From Nostoc sp. DedSLP01 (GTDB lineage: Bacteria > Cyanobacteriota > Cyanobacteriia > Cyanobacteriales > Nostocaceae), in assembly GCA_034530875.2 (NCBI GenBank), contig JAVRCJ020000008.1, positions 1 to 64,000 on the forward strand: DNA of 64,000 nt, read 5' to 3'. The notes beneath the pieces were generated by a model. The model ran no database searches, was not told where the DNA came from, and saw only the letters and a list, made by a program, of their open reading frames with translations. Made by a program: the position numbers and the translations under genes. Below are positions 31,770-41,950 of this stretch, piece after piece (position 1 is the stretch's first letter; each line of letters begins with the position of its first letter).

Positions 31770-33161
31770 ATGGCAGACCTCACTCCTAATTCTAGTTTTA
31801 GTTTGACACTGCGCTTGCAGATTCCCAATCGTGTGGGGATGTTGGCGTCGGTAACCCAAGCGATCGCCACGACTGGCGGTAATCTCGGTCAAATCGATTT
31901 AATCGAGCAAACCCGCAAAGAGTCCACCCGCGATCTTACTGTTGATGCTGCTAGTACCGAACATGCTGAGACGATTGTGCAAGCAGTAAAAGCACTGCCA
32001 GATATTAAGTTACTCAGTGTCTACGATCGCACCTTCAATTTACATCGCGGTGGCAAAATCAGCATTGCTAGCCGAATTCCCTTAAAAAGCGTGTCCGATC
32101 TAGCAATGGCCTACACCCCAGGCGTCGGTCGGATTTGTACTGCGATCGCTCAAGACCCAGAGGAAGTTTACAACTTAACCATTAAACAAAATACTGTTGC
32201 CATTGTTACAGATGGTAGTGCAGTTTTAGGTTTAGGAAATCTCGGGCCGGCGGCGGCATTGCCTGTTATGGAAGGCAAAGCAATGCTATTCAAGGAATTT
32301 GCCGGGCTGGATGCTTTTCCCATCTGTTTAGCTACCCAAAATACAGATGAGATTATCCAGGCAGTTAAGAATATTGCTCCGGTATTTGGTGGCGTGAATT
32401 TAGAAGATATTGCCGCGCCGCGTTGTTTTGAAATTGAAGCGAGATTGCGGCAGGAATTAGATATTCCAGTTTTCCATGACGACCAACACGGTACCGCAAT
32501 TGTCACCTTAGCAGCATTGTTTAATGCCTTGAAGTTAGTACATAAAGCAATTGGTGAAATCCGCATTGTGATTAATGGTGCAGGGGCCGCGGGAGTAGCG
32601 ATTGCCCGCTTGCTCAAGAAAGCCGGCGCAGACAAAATTTGGATGTGCGACTCCAAAGGAATTATTTCTACCAGCCGTACAGACCTCACAGAAGAAAAAC
32701 TCGAATTTGCCGTCAAAGCTCAAGGTACCTTAGCGGGTGCAATGCAAGGCGCAGATGTATTTATTGGTGTTAGCGTACCGGGAGTTTTGACACCGGAAAT
32801 GGTGCAATCAATGGCGAAAGACCCAATAGTATTTGCCATGGCCAATCCGATTCCGGAAATTCAGCCAGAATTAATTCACAAAAACGTTGCTGTCATCGCC
32901 ACCGGTCGCAGTGATTACCCCAATCAAATCAATAACGTTTTAGCTTTTCCGGGAGTGTTCCGTGGTGCTTTAGATTGTCGGGCACAGACAATTACCACCA
33001 CGATGTATCTAGAAGCCGCAAGTGCGATCGCTTCTTTGGTCAAACCTTCAGACTTGGATCGAGAACATATCATTCCTTCAGTCTTTGACGAACGCGTTGT
33101 AACTGCTGTTGCTGCTGCCGTGCAACGCGCCGCGCGTCAAGAAGGTATTGCTCGGAATTAG
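31770..33161 (+). CDS. NAD(P)-dependent malic enzyme with an N-terminal ACT domain
   Basis: AYTPGV, PVMEGKA, NLEDI, FHDDQHGTA, GAGAAG, NNVLAFPG. Confidence 0.96.
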   Translation: MADLTPNSSFSLTLRLQIPNRVGMLASVTQAIATTGGNLGQIDLIEQTRKESTRDLTVDAASTEHAETIVQAVKALPDIKLLSVYDRTFNLHRGGKISIASRIPLKSVSDLAMAYTPGVGRICTAIAQDPEEVYNLTIKQNTVAIVTDGSAVLGLGNLGPAAALPVMEGKAMLFKEFAGLDAFPICLATQNTDEIIQAVKNIAPVFGGVNLEDIAAPRCFEIEARLRQELDIPVFHDDQHGTAIVTLAALFNALKLVHKAIGEIRIVINGAGAAGVAIARLLKKAGADKIWMCDSKGIISTSRTDLTEEKLEFAVKAQGTLAGAMQGADVFIGVSVPGVLTPEMVQSMAKDPIVFAMANPIPEIQPELIHKNVAVIATGRSDYPNQINNVLAFPGVFRGALDCRAQTITTTMYLEAASAIASLVKPSDLDREHIIPSVFDERVVTAVAAAVQRAARQEGIARN

Positions 33162-33279
33162 TTAATCGATTTCAAAAATTACTTTTGAGGGACGGGCGAA
33201 GCGCCTGTCCCATTTGGTTTTCTGCGGCAATTTGGGAACAATAAGTTAATACTGACGTCCCTATGGCTGACCTTTCGGT

Positions 33280-34929
33280 ATGAAAATTTCTCACAAACTT
33301 CTTGTAAGCTTTGTTGGTATTTCCTTATTAACGAATGTTGTTGGTGTAGTTGCGATCGCCCAAAGCCAGAAAATTGCTGAAACTCTAGCGATCGCCGAAG
33401 CTGAACACGTTGCGCAAGTGGTTGCCACTTCCATAACCCACGATGCTTATTACGATAAAAAATCTATTTCTATAGAACATTCGGACGAGCTGCAACACTA
33501 CACCAATTTGTTACACGATCTGCAAAAACGCGACATTGTGGTAGTCAATCGGCAAAAACTAATTTTGGCGGATGCCGTTCCGGAAAATGTCGGCACTATT
33601 TTTGACCATGACCAAGGCAACGAAATCCAGCAAACGATCCAGGATGGTAAAGTCAGAACCTTTTTAGAAAAGAGTGTTGATTATCCCCAAGGAATTAAAC
33701 TCATTGTCGTGACGCTCAAAGGCGAACAAAATCAGGTCGATGGTGCTGTCATTTTAGAGTGGTCATCGCTGTATGACAACGCCATCGCCCAAGCTAGACC
33801 GATAATGATTGCGATCGCTTTTACCAGTTTCGCTTGTGTGATTTTGGCATTGATTCTAGGCTTTCACATTTCCAGCAGTATTGCCAAACCACTGCAATTA
33901 GTGACGGAAGTGGCGCAGCAAGTCACCCAAGAGTCTAACTTTGACCTAAAAGCCCCTATAAGCACCAAGGATGAAACAGGTGTTCTGGCAACTGCATTCA
34001 ACAATCTAATTGAACGTGTCAAAACAGTGCTGGCTGAAAAAGAGCAACGTTCAACAGAACTTCAAGAAGCTTTAACTCAGCTTCACAACACTCAATTACA
34101 ACTAATTCAAACTGAAAAGATGTCGAGTTTGGGGCAGCTGGTTGCTGGAGTTGCCCACGAGATCAACAACCCTGTGAATTTTATTCATGGCAATATTGGC
34201 TATCTCGATCGCTACACTCAAGACCTATTGAAATTGGTTCAGGCATATCAGGTGCAGTACCCGAATCCGCCCCAAACGCTGCAAGCCACTTTAGATGAGG
34301 TGGAATTCGACTTTCTGAGTGAAGACGCGATGAAGGTGCTGCAATCAATCAAAGTCGGCACTGGGCGCATTCGGGAAATCGTTTTATCTCTTCGTAACTT
34401 CTCGCGCCTCGATGAATCCGAATTTAAAACTGTTGACATTCATGAGGGTATTGAGAGTACACTGCTGATTCTGCAACATCGCCTCAAAGGAAGACCGCAA
34501 TCTCCGGGAATTGAAGTCGTTAAAAACTACAGTCAATTGCCTTTGGTTGAGTGCTATCCCGGACAACTCAATCAGGTATTTATGAACTTACTGGCGAATG
34601 CAATTGATGTACTCGAAGAATCTGCTCGACAACCACAGCCTCCGAAAATCTCGATTTCAACTCAACTGACGGCTGATAATCGCGTACAAATTGCGATCGC
34701 CGACAATGGTTTGGGGATACCTGAAGCAGTACGAGGGCGTATTTTCGATCCTTTTTTCACCACTAAACCCATCGGCAAAGGCACAGGCTTGGGCTTATTC
34801 ATCAGCTACCAAATAATCACACAAAAACATCATGGCAACATCTGGTGTGATTCCAAAATATCAGAAGGCGTCAAAATTGTAGTTGAAATCCCAGTTCATC
34901 AACCTAAAGAACTCCAAAAAATAAATTAG
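33280..34929 (+). CDS. Membrane sensor histidine kinase with a HAMP domain
   Basis: Two TM segments, [15 protein letters not shown]-box, FDPFFTTK and GTGLGL. Confidence 0.94.
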   Translation: MKISHKLLVSFVGISLLTNVVGVVAIAQSQKIAETLAIAEAEHVAQVVATSITHDAYYDKKSISIEHSDELQHYTNLLHDLQKRDIVVVNRQKLILADAVPENVGTIFDHDQGNEIQQTIQDGKVRTFLEKSVDYPQGIKLIVVTLKGEQNQVDGAVILEWSSLYDNAIAQARPIMIAIAFTSFACVILALILGFHISSSIAKPLQLVTEVAQQVTQESNFDLKAPISTKDETGVLATAFNNLIERVKTVLAEKEQRSTELQEALTQLHNTQLQLIQTEKMSSLGQLVAGVAHEINNPVNFIHGNIGYLDRYTQDLLKLVQAYQVQYPNPPQTLQATLDEVEFDFLSEDAMKVLQSIKVGTGRIREIVLSLRNFSRLDESEFKTVDIHEGIESTLLILQHRLKGRPQSPGIEVVKNYSQLPLVECYPGQLNQVFMNLLANAIDVLEESARQPQPPKISISTQLTADNRVQIAIADNGLGIPEAVRGRIFDPFFTTKPIGKGTGLGLFISYQIITQKHHGNIWCDSKISEGVKIVVEIPVHQPKELQKIN

Positions 34930-34945
34930 TTAATCCAAAACACAC

Positions 34946-35038
34946 CACTTTGTCAACTATTTTTAATGAAGTACCAAGCTGGAGATGAGTTTTTCTAAAG
35001 ATACCGTTGATTTCAGCAAGGCTAATTCTCAAGCATAC
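34946..35038 (+). repeat. Degenerate copy of 35902-35995 (5' end of the PhoD-like gene)
   Basis: CACTTTGTCAACT..TTTTTAATGAAGTAC.AAGCTGGAGATGAGTTTTTC...AATTCTCAAGCATAC occurs at both sites. Confidence 0.9.
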
Positions 35039-35042
35039 AAAG

Positions 35043-35534
35043 TTAACTTTCTTCATCAACAAGTTGTAGAACACTTCTGTAGAGAGATGCAGCGACCCAA
35101 AATCCTGCTTGCTCAATCAAAGCATCAAGCAAGGGTTTAACCTCACAAATCAGTCCTTGACTTTTTGCTTCCACCAGAATACCTAAAACTCCTGTGTATC
35201 GAAGATTTAATCTAGCAGCAATTATACGACCGCGACGTTCATCAATCAACACTCGATTTGCTCCTAGTTCAACTGCTAAAGCGATCGCCTCAGCTTCTCC
35301 AATATGAAGTTCGTTACCAAGTGCTTCAACCACTGCGCGATTGATAACTCAACGAGTTTGAATCCAATCAAAAGTTTGTACTTCAGTTGCGCCTGCTACT
35401 GGAAAGTCAGGATCGGTTAGTTCTTGATAGACAGATTCAGGAATAATAACTGTTCCGTAAAGTTGCTGTAGTAGATGAAGCTCGCCAATCGCTGCCAGAT
35501 TATTGATTGGTGACGTATCGCTGACAATCGTCAC
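35043..35534 (-). pseudogene. DUF3368/PIN-domain toxin interrupted by an in-frame TGA at 35349-35351
   Basis: IVSDTSPI...QTR*VINRAVVEALGNELHIGEAEAIALA...LIDERRGR; both ORF pieces are in one frame. Confidence 0.85.
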
Positions 35535-35776
35535 AGTTTGCCCATCTCCCGCAAGTTCTGAATATCTTGTTCAAAATCTTCTACATCGTAATGTACTGGG
35601 ATTTTACGACTTGCGAGTAAGTGCTGAAAAGCAATACGATTCATGCCTGCAAACTGACTTGCTTGAGCAAGAGTAAACTTTTCCTTTTGAAAAAGCATCA
35701 CAGCAATTTCCTGCCTCATTTCAGCTTCAGTCATGCGAGTTGCAGTTAAGATTTCATCAGAAATAACAATAGTCAT
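35531..35776 (-). CDS. UPF0175-family antitoxin-like protein
   Basis: EIAVMLFQKEKFTLAQASQFAGMNRIAFQHLLASRKIP signature; 4-nt overlap with the PIN gene. Confidence 0.88.
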   Translation of the reverse strand: MTIVISDEILTATRMTEAEMRQEIAVMLFQKEKFTLAQASQFAGMNRIAFQHLLASRKIPVHYDVEDFEQDIQNLREMGKL

Positions 35777-35921
35777 GCCTATAGCTCTTTACGATCGCTA
35801 TTTTAAGTACAGCACAATTCCAAATTGATATATTGTCTAGTGATGAGATTATTTGTCAATCGCTATCAGTTAAAGCAATATATACAAAATACAACTACTT
35901 TCACTTTGTCAACTGTTTTTA

Positions 35922-38264
35922 ATGAAGTACGAAGCTGGAGATGAGTTTTTCCAAGGACTACCGCTGATTTTGGCAGGGCCAATTCTCAAGCATACTGAAC
36001 CTGGATCGGTAACGGTATGGCTGGCACTCAAACAGGCTTGTCAGGTAGAACTCAAGGTTTATGACACAACAAATGATGGTGGAGTCCTGGGAGAATGCTT
36101 ATTAGAGGGCGATCGCGCTACAGTTGCTTTGGGTAAGTATCTTCATGTAGTTGCTGTCACGGCTCGGTCTACAGATGGGCATTGCCTAACTAGCGGTAAC
36201 ATCTATGGATACGACCTCCAGTTGACTGTTGCTAACCAGGCTCCGCAAACGCTACAACAAGCATTATGCTCGAGCTCCCACCCTACAGCTAGCATCAGTT
36301 ACTTTGAGCATCAAAAACCAACTTTTACCCTACCATCCTGCCGCCTCAAAGATTTACAAATTGTCCATGCTTCCTGTCGTAAACCTCATGGTTCCGGGTT
36401 TGATGCCCTACCAATTCTCGACAGCCTAATTGAGGTATCTGCAAATCAAGTCCAACGCCGTCCTCAGCAGCTATTCCTGACTGGGGATCAAATTTATGGT
36501 GATGATGTAGCAGATCCATCGCTGTGGGTTGCGACTACTTTGGGAGATGTGCTGCTTGGTTGGGAGGAAGAATTGCCTGTGGGTGGAACGTACTGCACTC
36601 CCAAGGAACTGCCCCCAGGAGAACGAGCTAAAGTTGCTACCAATGAAGCTGGCTTGACCGCAGGATTACATAATAAATCTGAGAAAGTTGCCAGTCATTT
36701 GCTGAGTTTGGGGGAGTACTACGCTACTTATTTATTAGCGTGGTCGCCAGCGTGCTGGCCGGAGGCCTTCCCTAAGGGACGCCAAGTAACGCGCGATCGC
36801 CGCGCCATCAAAAACTGGAACCGAGCAGTCCAGGATTTGCGACAATTCATTTATACACTGGGTAAAGTGCGTCGCGCCCTGGCCAATATTCCTGTCTACA
36901 CCATCTTTGACGACCATGATGTGAGTGATGACTGGAATTTAAACCAAGCTTGGTGTTTGCGAGTGCTGGGGCGTCCCTTGGGGCGACGAGTAGTGCAAAA
37001 TGCTTTGTTAGCTTATACAGTGTTTCAAGCTTGGGGCAATACACCAGAGCAATTTACAGCAGGTCAACCTGGAGAAAAACTGCTGGCTGCTGCACAAACT
37101 TGGTCGGCTAAACAAGGGAAGGATACAACAGCTGATGAAGCGATCGCCCGTTATCTCGGTATGCCACCCAACGATCCCCGCACAAATTTACCTGTTTTAG
37201 TCCGAGACGGTTCGGTATTCATTTTAGCTCGACATTCTGAATCAATTACTTGGAATTACATAGTTAAAAGCGATTGTCATGAAGCGATCGTCTTGGATAC
37301 CCGTACTTGGCGGGGCTATCCAGCCGATCAAAAAGCGATCGCTCCACCAATGCTGCTATGTCCCAAAGCCTTTGAGCAACAACTAGTTTTGCCTTTACAA
37401 AAAATAGCCGAAGATCCTCACAATCAAGCCACATTTGTAATTGCACCCACTAATGTATTTGGGTCGCAAGTAATTGATTGGATTCACCATTGGAATTTAA
37501 AACAAGAGAAAGTTTTTTCTACCGATGTTGGTGATGCTTGGAACATTAATGTTGAAGCATTAGGGAAATTCTTGAATACTTTATTCGAGCAACGTCAAAA
37601 AGTGATTATTTTATCTGGAGATATTCACTACAGTTTTGCGGCTCGTTTGTCTTATGCACGTACTGATTCTCAACTGCGATCGGTTTTAGTACAGTTAACT
37701 TCTAGCGCTCTCAAAAATGAAGAAACACTAACGCGCTTGATTCATACACGAATGAAAGATTGGTTATTAGCAGAAAAGCGGCGATATTGGATTGGATGGA
37801 TGAATCCAAGTAATATGGTTGAAGTTTCTGGGAAAACATTACACCGCAATACTTTTACTGTCAAACGCTACCACAAAAATCGGCTAAACCAAAGCCAAGA
37901 ATTAACTAACCCTGACTGGTATTGCGTGCTGGAATGGATAATTCGACAAAGCGCTCAGACTTATAGCTGTACAACGGATTTATCATCGTTTATAGCTCCT
38001 TGGCAACGCGCAAAAAATGCCAAAATGCGATATTTACAGCCTCTAATGTTTTGGAAATTTCGTTGGTTTCAAGAAGGACGAGAAGTAGTTGGATTGAATA
38101 ACTTAGGTTTGGTTAAGTTTGAGTTACCAGATGCGAGTACTTATTACCAAATTATTCAAGATTCCTACTGGTTTTCTTCTTGGGAGCCAACCCAAATTGT
38201 TTACAGCCGTTTTGAAAGTGAGTTAACACCAAATCAATTATTGTTGCAGAATGTTAGATTTTAG
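35922..38264 (+). CDS. PhoD-like metallophosphoesterase
   Basis: HASCRKPHG, GDQIYGDD, IFDDHDV, LDTRT and LSGDIH motifs. Confidence 0.85.
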   Translation: MKYEAGDEFFQGLPLILAGPILKHTEPGSVTVWLALKQACQVELKVYDTTNDGGVLGECLLEGDRATVALGKYLHVVAVTARSTDGHCLTSGNIYGYDLQLTVANQAPQTLQQALCSSSHPTASISYFEHQKPTFTLPSCRLKDLQIVHASCRKPHGSGFDALPILDSLIEVSANQVQRRPQQLFLTGDQIYGDDVADPSLWVATTLGDVLLGWEEELPVGGTYCTPKELPPGERAKVATNEAGLTAGLHNKSEKVASHLLSLGEYYATYLLAWSPACWPEAFPKGRQVTRDRRAIKNWNRAVQDLRQFIYTLGKVRRALANIPVYTIFDDHDVSDDWNLNQAWCLRVLGRPLGRRVVQNALLAYTVFQAWGNTPEQFTAGQPGEKLLAAAQTWSAKQGKDTTADEAIARYLGMPPNDPRTNLPVLVRDGSVFILARHSESITWNYIVKSDCHEAIVLDTRTWRGYPADQKAIAPPMLLCPKAFEQQLVLPLQKIAEDPHNQATFVIAPTNVFGSQVIDWIHHWNLKQEKVFSTDVGDAWNINVEALGKFLNTLFEQRQKVIILSGDIHYSFAARLSYARTDSQLRSVLVQLTSSALKNEETLTRLIHTRMKDWLLAEKRRYWIGWMNPSNMVEVSGKTLHRNTFTVKRYHKNRLNQSQELTNPDWYCVLEWIIRQSAQTYSCTTDLSSFIAPWQRAKNAKMRYLQPLMFWKFRWFQEGREVVGLNNLGLVKFELPDASTYYQIIQDSYWFSSWEPTQIVYSRFESELTPNQLLLQNVRF

Positions 38265-38407
38265 ATTTATCTTGCATAGCTCAATCCAAAATGGAAATTA
38301 GCAAATCTAAAATTGTTTGCCAACAATCGGCTTAACTGTGAAAATTTAAATTTGAGTCGTATGATGTGGGCATTCTAGATTGAACAAACATACTGGAGAG
38401 TGATTCT

Positions 38408-38881
38408 ATGTCTACGACTCGAATTAGTGCAACACTGTCACAAACAGACAGAGATGCTGTGTTGCAAGCAATAAAAACAATTAGAGAAAAACTACCCTTT
38501 TTGGTTGATTTGAGTCCTGATGACCGTAAAACTTTACCCAAGATGGGAGATAAGAGTCGGGCGTTTGTCAGCAAAGCATTACAGGTTGCAGCGCAGAATC
38601 CAGACTTTTTACCGCGTTCATTCAACCTTGATGAAATGCAAAAAGACGTGCAATTATATGAAGCGTTGTATCCGGTATTGTTGTCGTTGACACAATTGCA
38701 AGAACTCGTAGATGATACTTCTTTGGCAGTAGGCAGTGAAGCTTATGCAGCCGCGTTGCAAGTCTATAACTACGCCAAATCTAGCGGACAAGGGGCGGGT
38801 TTAGATGCAGTAGTCGTGGAAATGGGAAAACGATTTGCTCGTAAACCTGTAAAGGTCGAGTATGAAGAACCAATGTTGTAA
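38408..38881 (+). CDS. Uncharacterised helical protein (157 aa) preceding a 21-bp tandem array
   Basis: GGAG RBS; amphipathic helical sequence (KLPFLVDLS, KMGDKSRAFV, AVGSEAYAAAL-VYNYAK). Confidence 0.85.
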   Translation: MSTTRISATLSQTDRDAVLQAIKTIREKLPFLVDLSPDDRKTLPKMGDKSRAFVSKALQVAAQNPDFLPRSFNLDEMQKDVQLYEALYPVLLSLTQLQELVDDTSLAVGSEAYAAALQVYNYAKSSGQGAGLDAVVVEMGKRFARKPVKVEYEEPML

Positions 38882-38983
38882 AAAATAAGTCGGTAGTTGC
38901 ATTTTTGAAGTATAACGTTGAGGCTCAGAACTTGAATGTTGGATTTAAAAACACGACATTCCGAGTTTTGAGCTTCATTTTTG

Positions 38984-39214
38984 GAGTTCAAAGGCTCGGC
39001 GTTCCAGCAAAAAGGTGCAACTTCCGAGTTCAAAGGCTCGACGTTCCAGCAAAAAGGTGCAACTTCCGAGTTCCGAGGCTCAGCGTTCGAGCAAAAAGGT
39101 GCAACTTTCGAGTTCAAAGGTGCAACGTTCAAGCAAAAAGGTGCAACTTCCGAGTTCAAAGGCTCAACGTTTGAGTAAAAAGGTGCAACTTCCGAGTTCA
39201 GAGGCTCATCTTTC
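38984..39214. repeat. Tandem array of eleven 21-bp units alternating A/B (42-bp higher-order repeat); degenerate units extend back to about 38940
   Basis: A = GAGTTCAAAGGCTC(A/G)(A/G)CGTTC, B = (C/G/A)AGCAAAAAGGTGCAACTTCC. Confidence 0.95.
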
Positions 39215-39267
39215 GTTGGCATCAGCGACAAGCAACACTGCGACAAGAATATCAAGTAGATATTGCA

Positions 39268-41940
39268 GTGCATGATAATTACACCGTTTGGTTAGCATTA
39301 GTACAAGAGACAATGTTGGGTGGTTTGGATGAAACCCAGTGCCAAAAAGAATTTGCTTTACAAGCGGCTTATGTAGTGTTTATTCGTTTGCTGTTGATTC
39401 GAGTTTGTGAAGATAAGGAAATTTTCTCCCATAAGTTTGTATCAGATGGTGGAATCAAGCATTGGCAAGAAGATATTCAAAGATATTGGGTGTTTGCAAC
39501 TGGAAACCCCTATAGTCCTTTGCTGGACATGGCGTATCGCAATGCTCAAAATATTTATGCCCATTTTTTTACAGGGCGAGAGTTGTTTAATTGGTATCAG
39601 TTAGACAAGCAGCAATTAATTATGACATTACATCAACTCAGCCGTTTTAACTTTGCTGGAGTTGATTCAGATATTGTCGGCACTGTCTACAACACTTATG
39701 TTAACCGTAAAGAAAAACGCGAAAAAGGACAATATTACACACCTCCTGAAATTGTTAATTACATTCTTGATGAGGTGGGATATACAACCGGTACAGCAAT
39801 TATCGGTGCTAATAAACGCTTGATTGATCCTGCGTGTGGTAGTGGTTCGTTTTTAGTATCTGCTGCTAAACGTTTAGTGGCAGCTTATAAAGGTAATGCT
39901 CAACAAATAGAAGATCCGGCGGCGGTATTGGAACGGGTACAGAATAATTTATATGGATTTGATTTAAATCCCTTTGCTTGTTATTTAGCAGAGGTAAATT
40001 TACTTATTCAAGTTTTGGATTTGGTGAAACTTGCCTATGAAAAAGGACAGCAACAACCAATCCAGCGATTTAATATTTATAACGTGGATGCTCTAGCGCG
40101 TCCCACTGGAACATATCGCTATGCACTATTTAACACACTGATTGCTGAAGAAAGCGATCAGGTAGATCAAATTAAAAGTCGTGCGCCTAATACGCCCTAT
40201 GCCAATGGTTTTGCATTTGTTGTAGCAAATCCTCCCTATGGGGCAAAACTCAGTGATTTTTATAAAGATATCCTACGAGCAGATTATGCAGATGTATTTT
40301 ATGGTAGACCTGATACGTATACCTTCTTCCTAAAATTAGGAATTGAATGTTTAGCAACTCATGGTAGGCTCGGTTTTATTACACCCAACACATATTTAAT
40401 GGGAATAAATACTGTTGCTCTACGTAGAGAGCTAATGAGAACAGCAAGAATTGAGCAGATTGTCGATTTACCTCAAGGCATTTGGCCAGATGCTAACGTA
40501 GACTGTGTATTGATATTCTTGACGGAAGAATATAAGGAAGAACATCGTAAATCACAACAAGTAAAAATTAATTTATTAAATATACGAGATACTTTAGATA
40601 AGCTTACAACACGCTCTTGGGCTGAAGTTTTAGAACAGAACCAGGCTCAATGGATGAACCATCTAAAATGTGAAATTAATATTCGCTATGATACATTATT
40701 ACAAAAAATTGAAGAGGCTTGCCAGCTAGCTTGTAATAATGGGGATACTCCAAAAGTTATAAGACTAGATGATATTACATTTATCAATAGAGGAGTCGAG
40801 CCTTACCATTCTCGTGAACAAGGTCGTTCTGGTATATACATTAAACCTCAAAGAGAACTTACTGCTAATGAACAAAATTGGAAACCATTAATTGATAGTA
40901 CTGGATTTGTGGGACGCTATGAGTTGCGTTGGGGCAAATCTAGACCACATCTAAATTATGGGAATTGGCTTTACAGAGCTTACGAACCAAAATTTTATGA
41001 ATCACCTAAACTACTTGTTCAATCTATACGTAATCGCGCTTTAAAACGCAGGCTTGTGGCAACATACGATGATAAAAAATTCTATAATCGCCACAATTTT
41101 AACAATATTATTGCAGATGAGTCTAAATTGTATAATTTAAAATATATTCTAGCACTATTTAACTCATCAGTATTAAATTACTGGTACAGTAGAAGATTTG
41201 AAAATGTCAATATTAACCCATCATATTTTCGCCAACTACCTATCTATCCTGCTGATGCTGAAATACAAGCCGAATTTGTGGAATTAGTAGACCAGATATT
41301 GGCAAAAAATGCAACAATTAATCAACTAAGAGAGCAGGGATACACTATTAGACGTAAACGTGATGGAAGTAAACTTATTGAAGTCCCATTTAATCACTTG
41401 CTAGTTGAAATTCAACAAGCCAATCCCAACTTTTCAACGTTGAGTTTATTTGATGCCAAAGCCGCACAACTTTTTAGCATACCAGAAAGTTGTAATCTTC
41501 AGGAAACCATTAGTAGTAACGTTTTTATTCCAACCCAATATCCAAATACAGTTGTTTTACGCCATAAAAAACTTTGGTTAGAAGTCCCTGATGAGCATGT
41601 AAGGAGATTTCTACTAGGTTATTTAAAAAGTCCTCTCTGGCAAGGCAAAAATTGGGATCAAATTAAGAACTCAGCGCAAATTCCCGCAGAAGTTAGCGAT
41701 CGCAATTTCTTCTTTGCTACAGAAGAACAAAAGAAGGCTGAGATTCAAACTTTACTAGATGAAGTAGCCCAAATTGATGCAGAAATTGATGAAAAAGTGC
41801 TTGACCTTTACGGCATTATAAATCCAGCAGATAGACAACGCATCTTAGGTAGCGCACCAATAGTTGAAGAGGAAGAAGGGAATCAAGACACAATAGAAGC
41901 CGAAAATGGACAAGATGAAACCAATATTGAATCAGAATAA
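39268..41940 (+). CDS. N6-adenine DNA methyltransferase with a TaqI-like specificity domain (Type IIG R-M-like), apparently N-terminally truncated
   Basis: GQYYTP, DPACGSGSF (motif I) and NPPY (motif IV); the frame stays open upstream to the repeat array. Confidence 0.88.
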   Translation: MHDNYTVWLALVQETMLGGLDETQCQKEFALQAAYVVFIRLLLIRVCEDKEIFSHKFVSDGGIKHWQEDIQRYWVFATGNPYSPLLDMAYRNAQNIYAHFFTGRELFNWYQLDKQQLIMTLHQLSRFNFAGVDSDIVGTVYNTYVNRKEKREKGQYYTPPEIVNYILDEVGYTTGTAIIGANKRLIDPACGSGSFLVSAAKRLVAAYKGNAQQIEDPAAVLERVQNNLYGFDLNPFACYLAEVNLLIQVLDLVKLAYEKGQQQPIQRFNIYNVDALARPTGTYRYALFNTLIAEESDQVDQIKSRAPNTPYANGFAFVVANPPYGAKLSDFYKDILRADYADVFYGRPDTYTFFLKLGIECLATHGRLGFITPNTYLMGINTVALRRELMRTARIEQIVDLPQGIWPDANVDCVLIFLTEEYKEEHRKSQQVKINLLNIRDTLDKLTTRSWAEVLEQNQAQWMNHLKCEINIRYDTLLQKIEEACQLACNNGDTPKVIRLDDITFINRGVEPYHSREQGRSGIYIKPQRELTANEQNWKPLIDSTGFVGRYELRWGKSRPHLNYGNWLYRAYEPKFYESPKLLVQSIRNRALKRRLVATYDDKKFYNRHNFNNIIADESKLYNLKYILALFNSSVLNYWYSRRFENVNINPSYFRQLPIYPADAEIQAEFVELVDQILAKNATINQLREQGYTIRRKRDGSKLIEVPFNHLLVEIQQANPNFSTLSLFDAKAAQLFSIPESCNLQETISSNVFIPTQYPNTVVLRHKKLWLEVPDEHVRRFLLGYLKSPLWQGKNWDQIKNSAQIPAEVSDRNFFFATEEQKKAEIQTLLDEVAQIDAEIDEKVLDLYGIINPADRQRILGSAPIVEEEEGNQDTIEAENGQDETNIESE

Positions 41941-41950
41941 GGGTTAAGCA

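Noticed and set aside
38984..39214. CRISPR array or TIGR-type guide array
   Set aside because: Units are contiguous near-identical 21-mers with no unique spacers; no cas gene nearby, and the adjacent protein is not recognisably Nop-domain
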